Source of the DNA: Eukaryota sp. TZLM1-RC | Lineage: Eukaryota > Protista > Metamonada: BaSk clade | Assembly (NCBI GenBank): GCA_040285825.1 | Contig: JAUPSS010000007.1 | Location: 644,501-708,500 of the forward strand | Direction of reading: 5' to 3' | Length of the DNA: 64,000 nucleotides | In this document: positions 48,723 to 60,951 of the stretch, in pieces | Layout: each line of letters begins with the position of its first letter | Position numbering within the stretch: position 1 is the first letter of the stretch | Position numbers and translations under genes: made by a program | The notes under the pieces: generated by a model | The model's database searches: none | Seen by the model: only the letters and a program-made list of their open reading frames with translations | Told to the model about the DNA's origin: nothing

Positions 48723-49355
48723 TTACTGATAGTGACTACCTGCTTTATCCCTGCCCAATTTTTCAGATTCGCTCTTGAAATGATGATTAAATTCAGCCTT
48801 CCTCTTTGCAACATCCACTATGAAAGAAGATGCCTTCTCGAGTTCCCCTTTAGTCTCTCCACATCGTTTACTTGCTTCAGAAAACACCTTGGCCACCTCC
48901 AATAGCTCCTCATCCTTTAAATGACCTGGAGAACAACCATGAACGTGCAGCATCTTCCGTGGTTGATCAATTTCACCGAGTACAAGGCCCTCTTCCACGG
49001 CAGAAATGATAGCTTCTTCTATTTCAGAAGGAGTAAGATCGCCAATGTGTCGGGTAAGGTCAGCATAGGTAACATGTGTTTTGTGTCTGCACGCTCTGGC
49101 GACCGAGATCGTACGGAGGAAATGGTCCTGTGAAGATGTGAGTGAGGGTAGTGTGGAAGAGTCGCAGAGATATTGTGCACGAGAGCCATAAGCAAAGATT
49201 TCAAGGAGACGACAGTAGGGAGCAGTTTCTGCAGTTTGAGAGTAACCTTTGAATTGTGGATCACGTATGATAGAAGGGTAATCAACATCAAGAGTGCACC
49301 TGTGCAGGATCTGTTGGAGAAATGAAAGGTAAGCTTCAGCCGAAGAATATGACAT
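48723..49355 (-). CDS. PCI-domain protein, COP9 signalosome subunit 7-like
   Basis: LLEIFAYGS..QYL...LPSLT...LRTIS...VTYADL...EIEEAIISAV..GLVLGEIDQ is a CSN7/eIF3m pattern; the 210-aa length favours CSN7. Confidence 0.75.
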   Translation of the reverse strand: MSYSSAEAYLSFLQQILHRCTLDVDYPSIIRDPQFKGYSQTAETAPYCRLLEIFAYGSRAQYLCDSSTLPSLTSSQDHFLRTISVARACRHKTHVTYADLTRHIGDLTPSEIEEAIISAVEEGLVLGEIDQPRKMLHVHGCSPGHLKDEELLEVAKVFSEASKRCGETKGELEKASSFIVDVAKRKAEFNHHFKSESEKLGRDKAGSHYQ

Positions 49356-50454
49356 CAGTGAGGATTACAAAAATGTCAAATAGCAGTAACCTATTGAGAT
49401 TGTCTTTATTAGATAAAATGAATCACATGGTGCATCTTGAGGTAAAACCGCGCAGTTGAGGTCTTCTTTTTCTTCACATCATTTAATTGATACAATCAAT
49501 CGGTATATTGTTGAATCATATTTTGAAATGTCGTTGTGTATGATGTAAAAATAATGATTTGCAATCTACCTGGAAATAGTTTATTGTGCTTTCATAATGT
49601 ACACCCAGAAATCACATTCCCATGTTCTTGTCGATATGATTTCTCCATTGGATTCCCAACACCCCCATCCCACACAATAAGTAATCGGATTTGTTTGTTA
49701 ATCAATATCTTATTTCTGACTTTACTTTCAATGTTGTTCAGCTATTGTCTATCGTTAGCCCCAGTCAACCTCAATACTCTAATACTTTTATTACCAATTC
49801 AATCTCAATCAGTAATGATTGTTATCACACAGAAAATTCAAATTTAATTACATATAGTTATTCTGATAGCTTTAACCATATTAGTCTTGAATAGTATTAT
49901 ATATTATTGTTACTCATTTCTAGATTAAGTGGAGGGAAATTCTTTTCTCTTCTGAATAAATTACATTACATTTACATATATGTCTCACTCACAACAGCCA
50001 AGACCATCAACCATTGAGAATTTGTGATGTTTGCGATTCTATTGATCTATTCAAAATGTGTAGGTATCAGAATTAAACAACTTTACAATTCCCTATATTC
50101 AGTAATTATAGTAAAGTATGTTGCCAAACTGTTGAAAATTTGACTTTGATACAAAAAAATTAGTTTTTTAACTGTTGTTAAACTTTGATTTCAGCCAAAG
50201 CTGTAGATTGCAGTAATTTGATTTTGAAAAATCACTGAGGACCAGTCTCGAAATGAAAAATTTCTCAAAATTTCCTGACCTGTTAGAAGAGCTCCACGAC
50301 AAGTAAAATCGGGTGAATTAATGTTTTAATTAATGTTTAATTCTTTCAAATTTTATCTTATCCGAACAACCAATTATGCATTTTTTCTATTGACCTCACC
50401 GGTATTATTTATTCGACTTTGATAACCTGCAATCAAGCAATTTATTGCTCAACA

Positions 50455-50743
50455 TTCCCATTTTCGATAAATGGAAGATTATCAGATGAAGCAGAAACTT
50501 TTTTGAATGACTTCCAAACAATGGTTCAAGAACAAACAATGAAAAGATTTGATATTTTTTATGGCGTGCACGAATTCAATTTGTGCCATCATTAATAGAT
50601 TACCTCGGTTTTTCAATCGAATACGAGAAGCTTTAGCTAGACAGCAAGCAGATTAAGATTTTGTAGAGGAAATCTTGGTTCAATAATAGTCGTCCCATTA
50701 GTTGTGAGTTAATTTAATTAAGTGTGCAAGTTCAATAAATATA
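50455..50743 (+). mobile_element. 3' fragment of RLE retrotransposon (family B), inverted relative to 51527-51815
   Basis: FPFSINGRLSDEAETFLNDF...ALARQQAD plus the 3' UTR shared with 10845-10900. Confidence 0.8.
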
Positions 50744-51477
50744 TTTTGCTCAACTATTGTTATTTGTAATTATTATGATCATGATCAACCTTGTCCGTCG
50801 GATCAAACCTTTTTCTGCATAAGCCCCTGTAAGACAGAATAAACACACATAAGTACACAATTCACAATCATGCACAACAGAAATCGGAGCTTATATTTCA
50901 ACTTTTTTTCATTTCCCACTTTTTTGACTATAAATATCAGTTCTTAGTTGTGGCTAAACGTGACTTTCCCTATTAGGAAACTGGATCACGTCATCATAGA
51001 TTCAAATTGTATCAGTTGATAATAATAATTAATTAAATTAATTATTCTGATGATTGAAGTATATATTTTATTCCTTTTAAAATTAGGAAAGCCAAGCCTT
51101 GAATATGTTGAGGAATTTGTAAATATGTCTTTCAAATCAGTTGAAATGATTTTCTGTTACTTACATCAGTTCTGTATAACATTGTTTAAATTTGGTGTTT
51201 GAACGGAGATTTACTGTGTTGATATTGCTATATGGGAATTCTGACATTCGTTCAAATCATTATCTTTGACTCAACCAAATTCAGCCTTGCCGAAACTGTT
51301 ATTCCTTGAAGCTTCTACATAAAGTAGATTTACTTGTATGATCAAACAAATGTTATATATGCACAGTCATTATTAAACTTATTCTGAATTATTACTAAAA
51401 ATACTATATTGATAATTAAATTTAAGGGTTATTTTTGAGTTTTTGATAATGATGAATGATCAAAAGTTTTATTTCAT

Positions 51478-52160
51478 AATTGAATTCAATATTGTGAATA
51501 AATTTCCATCAATCAATGGGTATTAGGATATTTATTGAACATGCACACTTAATTAAATTAAGTCATAACTAATGGGACGAAAATCATTGAACCAAGATTT
51601 GCTCTACAAAATTTTGATCTGCTTGCTATCTAGCGAAAACTTCTCTTATTCGATTGGAAAACCGAGGTAATCTATTAATAATGGCAAATTGAATCCGTGA
51701 ACGCCATAAAAAAAATCAAATCTTTTCATTGTTTTTTCTTGCACCATTTTTTGGAAGTCATTCAAAAAAGTTTCTGCTTCATCTGATAATCTTCCATTTA
51801 TCGAAAATGGGAAAGCAATAAAAACTAGCTATGAATTTCTATCAGCATTAGCCTCTTCAATATCTTTGACATATTTCTATGTTTTTATTTGGTTTTAAAA
51901 TCAAGAGCACTCACAGGATTAAGTTTTCTTCTGTGACCCAAAGTATCATTTGCAACATAACATGAGACAAAGTCAACAATAGCTTCAGAATTATCAATCC
52001 AGTCACAGTATACATCACCTCTATCATCAGAACCAAAATTATTCAGAGAAAGTGTTTCCTTCAGCAGGGGCTCTTTGATACACGATATCCTTGCAGTTTG
52101 TGCCATATTGAAAACAGTGTCCCTAACAGCATCATGTAATGAAGAACGATGTTTTAACTG
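51478..52160 (-). mobile_element. 5'-truncated RLE retrotransposon (family B)
   Basis: HDAVRDTVFNMAQTARISCIKEPLL...DDRGDVYCDW...IVDFV; frameshifted. Confidence 0.82.
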
Positions 52161-52189
52161 GAATATTTATTGAGAAAAAAAATCTATCT

Positions 52190-52430
52190 AGAATTCAATA
52201 TCCTCCAAACAAGCGTCACTGTTAATAGACCTACTCACAGCATAACGTTCATATTCTACACCAATAGCTAAAAGTGCCTTTGAAATCATTGTTGGAATAG
52301 ACTTGCAAATGCTAAAAACAATTCTATTTAATCAGAAAGTGGAATTTATTGTTTTACCAGACCTATTCAGTAACACTTTTTTGAAGTTTTCAAAAAAATT
52401 GCAACCCTGAAGGTCCAATATTGCCAAAAT
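52190..52430 (-). mobile_element. 3' fragment of RLE retrotransposon
   Basis: GNIGPSGL...LNRIVFSICKSIPTMISKALLAIGVEYER...SDACLEDIEF. Confidence 0.7.
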
Positions 52431-52786
52431 ATCCAAATTTTCAGTTAAAACTAATTAAAAACTTATTACTGATATTAAAATACTAAATAAATAAGGTATT
52501 TTTTTGAGGATTTGATAATGATGAATGATGAAACAGTTCTATTTCAATTTTTCAGTTACAACTAGTTTAAAACTTATTATTGATATTGACCTGTTTGAAT
52601 TGAGGCTGAGTGCTACATCAACAGTAGATATTAAGCAAAATTATGGAACAAATTACAAATTATTCAGTATAAAAAGGTGCTAAAAACGAAATTTATTATG
52701 GCTGTACAAAAAAGACACACAAACTGATAATAATAACATGACACCTACTACAAAAAAGGTAAAATGATGAATCCTACCGAAGCACA

Positions 52787-54314
52787 TTACACAACATCTT
52801 CTTCTGCATCAGTAACAGAAAAATTAGAAAAAGTAGGCCCTTCAGCAGAACCATCAGTACTGCAAAGGAAATCATAACCATCAGAGTCAATAAACTTGAC
52901 TTCCGAATCTGGTAAAACATCCCAAATTGAATGACTGTCTGATGCCGGAGTGTCGACCTCAGTGATAGGATCTTCATGTGGGAAAAGAGAAAATGGGATA
53001 GAGACATCTAAAAGTGAAGATCCAGACGATTGAAACGACCGAGATGCATCACATAAACGAGGAGAGGCAGTGACATTACGACAAATAAAGGAGCTGCGGC
53101 GAGAAGCTTCAGAATCACTATGAACGAGAATGAGCGTGTGGCTTGCACTTTTTGGAACATTTTCATTTTCATTGTGCAATGGTCTGACTGCATTGAACAA
53201 ATCAACAGTGTTGATTGTAATCTTGGTAAAGTTCTGGTCAGGAAGAGGACATTCTCCCTCATCAGTAACCCATGGATGCTGTTTTATTTCATCTATGCAC
53301 GCTCTTTCAGCAGGATCCTTTGCCAGCATGAGTTCCAACAAGTTTGCCAACAGTGGATCAACATCTGGTGGAAAGTCTAGATCCTGAGTGGCAATAAGTT
53401 GAAACAATCTAAACAAAGAGGGGTGATGAAAGGGTAACTTTCCAAAAGCCATCAGATACAACGTTACTCCCAATGCCCAAATATCAGAAGCCTTTCCTGA
53501 CCACTCCTCCCCACCACTAACTACTTCAGGAGAGGCGAAAGCAGGACTAGTGAAGTCTTGGAGGGAATAGCTAGTTGATCTTTTCAGTGTATCGTCAAGT
53601 GACTGCCCTAAATCCCGAGAACAACCAAAGTCTGAAATCTTGACTCGATTATCTTGACAAACCAATAGATTTGAGGGTTTAAGATCTCTGCAATGAATAG
53701 TTGTAGTAATGAAGATACCGATGTATTATTCCCTGTTGATGCAGATATTGCAGACCTAGAAGAGCATCTCTGAAGTAACTCCATACATGGGATGGAGTTA
53801 TGGAGGTAATTAATTTGTAGTTGTCAGAAAGAACAGGTCCTTTGGGAAAGTATTCCATGACAAGGTACATTTTGGCATTTGTAGGATCATCAATAGCTTC
53901 AATGAGAGGAACGATATTAGGATGGGATAACTTTTTCATGATTGCTATTTCTGATTGAATCAACTTTTGATTTTGAACTTTTGATTTTAAACGGTCAAAT
54001 AAAGATGTATTGAATACTTTAATGGCAACTGATTGGTTATTGGTTTGACAACGTGCACAGTAGATGCGAACATCATTGTTTCCTTTTGAGAGAAGAGAAG
54101 TGATTTGATACTGGTTGATGAAAGTTTTTCCATCGGATAAGGAACACCTACGGAGACGTCGTGCATTCAAGACTGGTGTAGATAAGGTTGCATTATCTAT
54201 ATCAGAAAATGATGGTGGAGTAGGTGGTCGAGCAACTTCGATAGTATGTTCTGATGGAGTTTCATCATCAAGGTCTGTGTTGGGAATCCTACAACAACAT
54301 AGTAGCCGCGACAT
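52787..54314 (-). CDS. CaMKK/GRIK-like Ser/Thr kinase; 2 exons (intron 53688-53718)
   Basis: INQY, EIAIMKKLSHPNIVPLIEAIDDP..MYLVME, YFRDALLGLQYLH; the 31-nt intron restores HRDLKPSNLL; DFG, SPAFASPE, SGKASDIWALGVTLY; N-terminal CCC. Confidence 0.88.
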
Positions 54315-54480
54315 CAGATACTGACTCCAGAAATCTGTAGTTCCAGAAATAGCTCACCCATCCCTTCCAACGGTTCCAAAAGAGGAAACAGTCTTTTAGA
54401 TTTAAATAATATGACGGCCGATCTATGCACCCGACTTATGTCGGGAACATTCAGATGTTTGGTATCTTCCAACTCTCTTA
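54315..54480. promoter_or_regulatory. Probable compact bidirectional promoter
   Basis: Only 166 bp separate the divergent ATGs of the kinase (54314) and dihydropyrimidinase (54481). Confidence 0.5.
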
Positions 54481-56152
54481 ATGTATGCTCTTGTGAATGG
54501 CACCATAGTCACTGAAAATGAGTCTTTTGTTGGCACTCTTCTAATTGAGGGTTCAAAGATTGCTTCCATCAATCCTACATCCATCCCTTCCTCCTACACA
54601 GCCATCGACTGTACTGATTTCATCATCTTCCCCGGTGCTATAGATCCTCATGTTCATCTTGAATACTTTCAAGGCCCTAACAAAATCCGAAGTGCCGATG
54701 ATTTCTACACAGGTTTTTTCCATATACTTAACCTTAATCACAGGTTCTGTTGCAGCTGCTCTCGGTGGTACAACTACCCTCATTGATTTCGTTGAGACAT
54801 CTCCTCAACACAACACCTTTCCCTCTGCTCTCTCTGACCGTATTCATCATGCTTCCAAGTCTATCCTCCCAATTGGCTTCCACATGGCGATTGCTGGATG
54901 GGACATTGAACGCCTAGGGAGGTTAAACCCTAATTCTAACTTCGAGGATGAAGTTGTGGATGTGTTGAACAAGGGGGTATGTTCGTTTAAATTATATACT
55001 GCTTATAAAGGACTCTGTATTGATCAAAAAAATTTAAAGAATGTTTTTAATTCTTTATTAAAATTAAACAAATCTTGTTTGGTAATTGTGCACGCAGAAG
55101 ACAATAAAGTTTTTGAAGAGAAGGTGAGTCAATGTAGGTCAGATTTTAATTTTGACCCTGCTTACGTGGCAATGACGAGGCCAGATGTGGGAGAAGCTGA
55201 TGCTAGTAGATTGGTTTGTGAAGTGTATAAGGAAGAGGTTGAAAATTTTGAGAGTAGAGATCACACGACGGATGGTAAAATATTATCGAAGTCTACATCT
55301 GTAGGTCTTCATTTTGTACATGTTTCAGCTGAAAAATCTGCAAAAATTCTGCTTGATTTTCAAAATTTCAATATTTCAGGAGAAGCCTGTATCCAACACT
55401 TGATCCTTACTGATGACGTTTACAAAGATCAAGACATTTGCACTCGTGCAGCTGGAGTCATGGCTCCTGTTTTAAGGGGTGAATCAGATAACCAATATTT
55501 ATGGCATCAATTGATACAAGAAGAGATCATTTCAATGACAGCTACAGATCACTGTCCCTTTCAAAATATTCAGAGATTTGGACATTCTAGACTTCCAACT
55601 TTGATTTTTGAAAACAATCAACTAGTTTCCAATCCAAACATTGATCCTTGGAGTGACGAACGACCTACCCTCAAGCCAGGGTTAGGGTTTAAGGAGGCTT
55701 TGGTTGATGGAGTTGTTGATAGATTTCCACCTTTTTTCACAATGCCTGGGGGAGGAGCAGGAATTCAGTTGAGAGTACCATTTATTATTGGGGAGGGAAT
55801 GAGAAGAGGAATGAGTCTAAGTCATATTAGCAGGATCATTGCAACAAATGCTGCTAAAAGGTTTGGAATCAAAGGAAAAGGAAGTATTAAAGTAGGTAAT
55901 GATGCTGATCTATTCATTTATGACCCAAATATTGAGACAAAAGTGCAACTGACAGGGCCTTTAGGTGCTAGAGAAGCTGTTGCTGGCAATGTTGTGGAGA
56001 ATGTGGATGTGTCTCTGTATGAAGGCAAAAAGATTAGAGGTTATCCAAAGACTGTGTTTGTAGAGGGTAAGCTTGTGGTAGAGAATTTCAAATACACTGG
56101 AGAAGCAAATACAGGTAAGTTTTTGTATCGAGAAATTGAAACATTTAGTTAA
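54481..56152 (+). CDS. Dihydropyrimidinase/hydantoinase; 2 exons (intron 54713-54743)
   Basis: PGAIDPHVH, ADDFYT|GSVAAALGGTTT, SFKLY, VHAED, FVHVS, ATDHCPF, KGSIKVGNDAD. Confidence 0.92.
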
Positions 56153-56269
56153 ATAAATTTGGCACTATTTTTTCTTGATTTCTGCTATTCTTAAAACGTT
56201 GTGTTAGAAACAATTGGAAATGTTAAAAACAATATTAATAATTAAATTTTGTTTCTCCAATTCACAATG

Positions 56270-57715
56270 AATTGCAAGTTATTTTGGAAAAAATGAAAAT
56301 TGAACTTGATTCAATTTCTTCTTTAGATATAGAAAAGCATATTAAATTTTTCATGCTTAAAATTTGCTACACTGGGAGAATAACCCACATTTTGAGATCT
56401 TGTGCTCCTTCCATAGCATTAGATTTTTGTCGTTCATTCAATTCATTGAGAACAGAATTTTTTGCTGATTTATTGGATGTAGAACCAGGAATGTTGAAAA
56501 GCCATTTATTTTCTTCAGCAAATTTGGGTGGTATTGGATTTACTAAATCTTCAATTTTGTGTCAATCAGCATTCTTGGGTGGTGGCAAAAATTTTATTTA
56601 TGAATTTTCTCGTAGATTTCGTGATGATTCTCATCTGTTAGTTCCCAATTGTAGTCCCTATTTGTATGAGTTATCTTGTGAACTTGAAAAATTGCCGCCA
56701 CAAATTTGGACCAAATGTTTTCCTCAATCAATTCAAGAAATTCCAAACCGATCTCTTTTTAATTTACAGTTTTGCTGTAAAAAGCTTCAACAAAAATTGT
56801 CAAAGATTTTTGAAAGCTTGGATTTTGATGTTAGACTTGGCTTGGCCAAGAAAAAGAATCCCGCTTTTGCAAATCTTTTACAAGATATGTGTGACAGTAC
56901 TTCTTCTGCCTTAGTAACAACAATTCCACAAGTTTATGGTACTCTCTTATCCGATTCTGCTTGGACTCTGAATATGAGATTTCGTTCCTTTATCTGGCCT
57001 GATAATTTACCTCATAATTTAATTTGTAAATGTTCTCGAGAAATTACAACTACTCATTTGTTAAATTGTAAACATTTTATTACTTTTTAGAAGCAAGGTT
57101 CATGATCCTGTAAGAGACCAGTTATATTGTATGTGTAAATCTCATAGAATTGAATCCTTCTTGGAACCTCTGTTGTCAAATCTGTTTGATGCTGAAGATG
57201 ATTTTCATAAGAATAATAGAGGTGATGTTATATTACCTGGATTAGATGGAAGTTTCATTTTATTGGATGTAATGTCTGTTGATCCTTGTAATGCCTCAAA
57301 TGAAAGGCTAGTTAATTCTGAAATTCATAATCCCCTTTCAAATGCTGAAAATTTTAAATTCAAAAAATACAATGAACCTTTGTCCAAATTGGCCAGTCTA
57401 CAGCATGCAAAATACAATTTGTGTCCATTTGTATTTTCCCTTTTTGGTTCACTTGCACCAACTGCTTTACGTTTTTTGGATGATTTTGAAATGATTGTAA
57501 AGAGAAGAACTGGCAGAAATTTCAACAGATTGTTTTGGCAAAATAGAATTGTGTTTTCTATTTTTAAGGGGATGTTGAAGATGGTTTCTGATGCTTTGTT
57601 TCTCTTGGATCTCACTATGAGAGAGTTGCATCTAGTGTTTTTGTTCTGGGAGAGATGGATTTTTTAGATGTTGATTTATAGGTTTTGAATAAAATTAAAA
57701 TTAAATAAAAAAAAA
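56270..57715 (+). mobile_element. 5'-truncated CRE/RLE non-LTR retrotransposon (post-RT region, CCHC knuckle, RLE; family A)
   Basis: ITHILR, LGGIGF, CKCSREITTTHLLNC, HDPVRDQ, RGDV, LLDV, PFVFSLFGSL; frameshift in T5 at 57084-57088; A-rich tail. Confidence 0.88.
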
Positions 57716-58214
57716 TAATTAAATCCATTCAGTTGATTGATTTTTTTAAGAATACCTAACAGGAAAAATCAAAACAGTTTTATATGTTTTACGTTGGAAG
57801 TCATGTACTGTCTTCTAGTATTGGAAGAATTACAAGAAGCTATGGCTATGGTATCCATTAAGATAAAACTATAATTTAAAATTTAAATTTAAATTTAGTC
57901 AGAGAACAACCAACTCATTTCTAGTCAATCCAAACAATAGTTTTATAAATCCAATGAACACAGAGTATTTCAATGTTGGGTCTTCATGAACAGATGCTTA
58001 CAAATTCAAAAAAAATTCAAAAAAAATTCAAAAAGTTCAAATACGAGTCAAAACCATTGATTTATTTCTCACTGAAATTGTTTCTGTTACGACATAATAA
58101 TATATTGTTAGAGCACAGATAGAGTATCGTATTTTCAATAAACTCGTTGTGTTTATCATTAGTTACAAAGGACAAAACTCAATCTATTTATAACCAACCA
58201 CTAGCAGAACCGCT

Positions 58215-59504
58215 TCAATGTCCTTTTCCTGGTTTATCAGGCTTTGAACTATCAATTGGGCAAACATAAGGCTGCCTAGCTACCATTTGATCAAGACCAC
58301 GGAATTCACCATCATTGACACGAATCTGGAAAACAATAATATCATCTCTATCGATTTTCTCAACATAATGACAAATTGCTTTGCATACGGCTTGGGTGTC
58401 AAAATGCATGACCAAGTCCTTTCTTCCATGGTCCTTTTTAACTCTGCGAGAAGTACATTGCTTTTCGTCGACCCCAAAGTAGTCATGTTTATCCAAGTCA
58501 AAAATCTCAACGCCAATAAATTCTGTGCTGGAGCGTTGAGGTGTAAGTACTACCTTATCTTCTTCTTTTCTTCCTGGTTCCGCATCAAGAAGATCCTTGG
58601 TTTTGTGACCGGCCATTGAGGGATCTAGGACAAAGAGTTCAAGCTTGTGAATCGTCAAGTCTCCAATGTCAAGAATAGCAGTGGGAATAACACCACGAGA
58701 CTTGCAGTTGAAGGGATTGGGGCATGAACCTGGGAGTGAGAATCATGAATAGAAGAACTTACCTGGTTTGATATCAAAGTTTACAACTTCGTATTTCGGA
58801 TCAGTCGGTTCAGGAGTTTCTGGTTCCTTTGGACAACCTGGACACTTAGGCCAGTCCCAGTGAGGAGGAGGACAGTGAGGAGGGCGAGGTTTCCACGGAC
58901 AAGGCCTACAATCAGGACATTCAGGAGGAGGTGTAGGTTCGCATCCGGGACACTTAGGCCAGTCCCAGTGAGGAGGAGGACAGTGAGGAGGGCGAGGTTT
59001 CCACGGACAAGGTCTACAAGAAGGACAATCTGATGGGGGAGTAGATGGAGGAGGACACTCAGCCACGGGCTCCTTGGTAAATTGAACATCAACATTGAAG
59101 CGATCAAGGCTAAATTCTTTGCATGGAATACAAACCTTAGAACGAGGATCTAGAACCGTTAAGTGTTTGATGAAACATTCTACAGAGTAAGTAATCTGGA
59201 TGTCAACCATAGTTTTGGAGACCTTGGTTCCCTCAATGATGACCTCTGTGCTGCCATCTGAACGTTTGCTGATATGATAATCAAAAGAGACGTGATGTAT
59301 CTTAATACAGTCAGGGAAGACCAGAACTGCAGAGAACTCACCTACATGCCTTGTAATACACCCAAGACGAATTGAAAGTGTGGATGGTACTCCTGGCTTG
59401 ACGGTGGTTGAGCCAACTAAATCAATTCCGCAATGACAATCTAGGTTTGTTGCTGAAACATATGCAATTGAAAGAGTTATTAAAACAAGCAGAAGGCTTT
59501 TCAT
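58215..59504 (-). CDS. Secreted Cys/Pro-rich 'DIKPGS' protein, duplicate with shortened tail; intron 58730-58762
   Basis: Near-identical to 45825-47210; most of the KP/G tail is deleted and a TGA follows GKGH. Confidence 0.82.
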
Positions 59505-60951
59505 GCGTGTATTTAAAGAAATGACGTTGATACATCATCGACTAGGTCTTAAGCAAGGAGAGAATATCTATTTGATTTACAGACTGTAACTACAGTACTG
59601 TTAAGTCACGTTGAAGATGCATTTCATCAACTGGAACCACTTTCAAAAGTTCAGTTTACTGTCTTTTCTAATTCCAAGCTCTGGTATCAAATTGGTGTGT
59701 TATTTTATACAAAATATATTTTGAATAATTTTTTTCTTTTCATAGGTATTGGAAAATTCACATAATTTGAAAAATTTTCGCTGTTAGGTTTGTACTCAAC
59801 ATATATAATTCCTTTTTTTTGTTAAGTTGAATCAAAAATTCTTGCATTCAGATGAAGGTTTGCTGAATGGTAGTTAGACTTGTGCTGACGTCAAACGTTC
59901 ACAGTGATTGGAACAAATTTAGTATTGAATACATACTAGAAAATATTTGTTGGTAAGGTAACAAGTCAATGAAACCTGTTACAATTAATACTCATAACGC
60001 AAATTCGGTATGGTGCTAGATTGTTTAAAACCACAAGCATGAAAACATTGACCATAAACACACATACATGATCCCCTGTGATGGAGTTAATTTTGCTTAA
60101 TTGGTTCAAATGGAATCGAAGTTTCAAACAAATTGCATTAAAACAAATTGAAATAAGTTGTTAATTGAGCACTTGTGTGTTGCAGTCCTGATAAATATCC
60201 CCGAAACTAATTTTCCATATTTTGGATATTCCCCGCCTAAATCCCAACTCACTTTTTCTCATCTTTTGGATGCTCTTACGTGAACTAGTTTATGTCTAGT
60301 AGCAGGAATTGTTGTAAATGAACATGTATTATACTGAATGAAAGAGGGAGACTTAACCAGGTTTCAGAACTGTGGATTTGGAGTGGACAAGGCCTCGGAT
60401 CACATTGGCTGTGCGACTCAGAGATCAGTAGCTGGAAATGGCATTTTTCCATTACGACGCTATCAAATGGGTAATTTTATCCCTTTGTAAACCTGAGTAC
60501 AATAATGAACACATTTTAAACAACAATGAAACAAAGTTCCTGCAACAACACTAATAAATGCAAAATTCAAGTTTAAAATGATAACACAGAGTTTTTTGGT
60601 GAATATGCCCAATAGTCTATCAACAAAACATGCAGGTTATCAGAATGACTGTGAACAATGAGGTTGAAAACATCACACGTGAAAGTGGAAAATTGTTGAG
60701 AATATGCATTTGGAGTGAGACGCACAGACTAAAAATATTTAAACATTTCACAAAATTTTGGATTTCAATAGACACTCCTCGAAGATTCTCTCCTACACCT
60801 GGAGAAAACGGCCACGGCTCCAGTAGTCATAACCGGTCCGTTGCAGTGTTGTGTATCAATGCAATTATCTACTGATACTCTTCACTGAAACCCTTTTCCA
60901 TGGTTGAAACCCACTGTTGAGTTGTGTCATGACTAACACAAACCCCGTACA

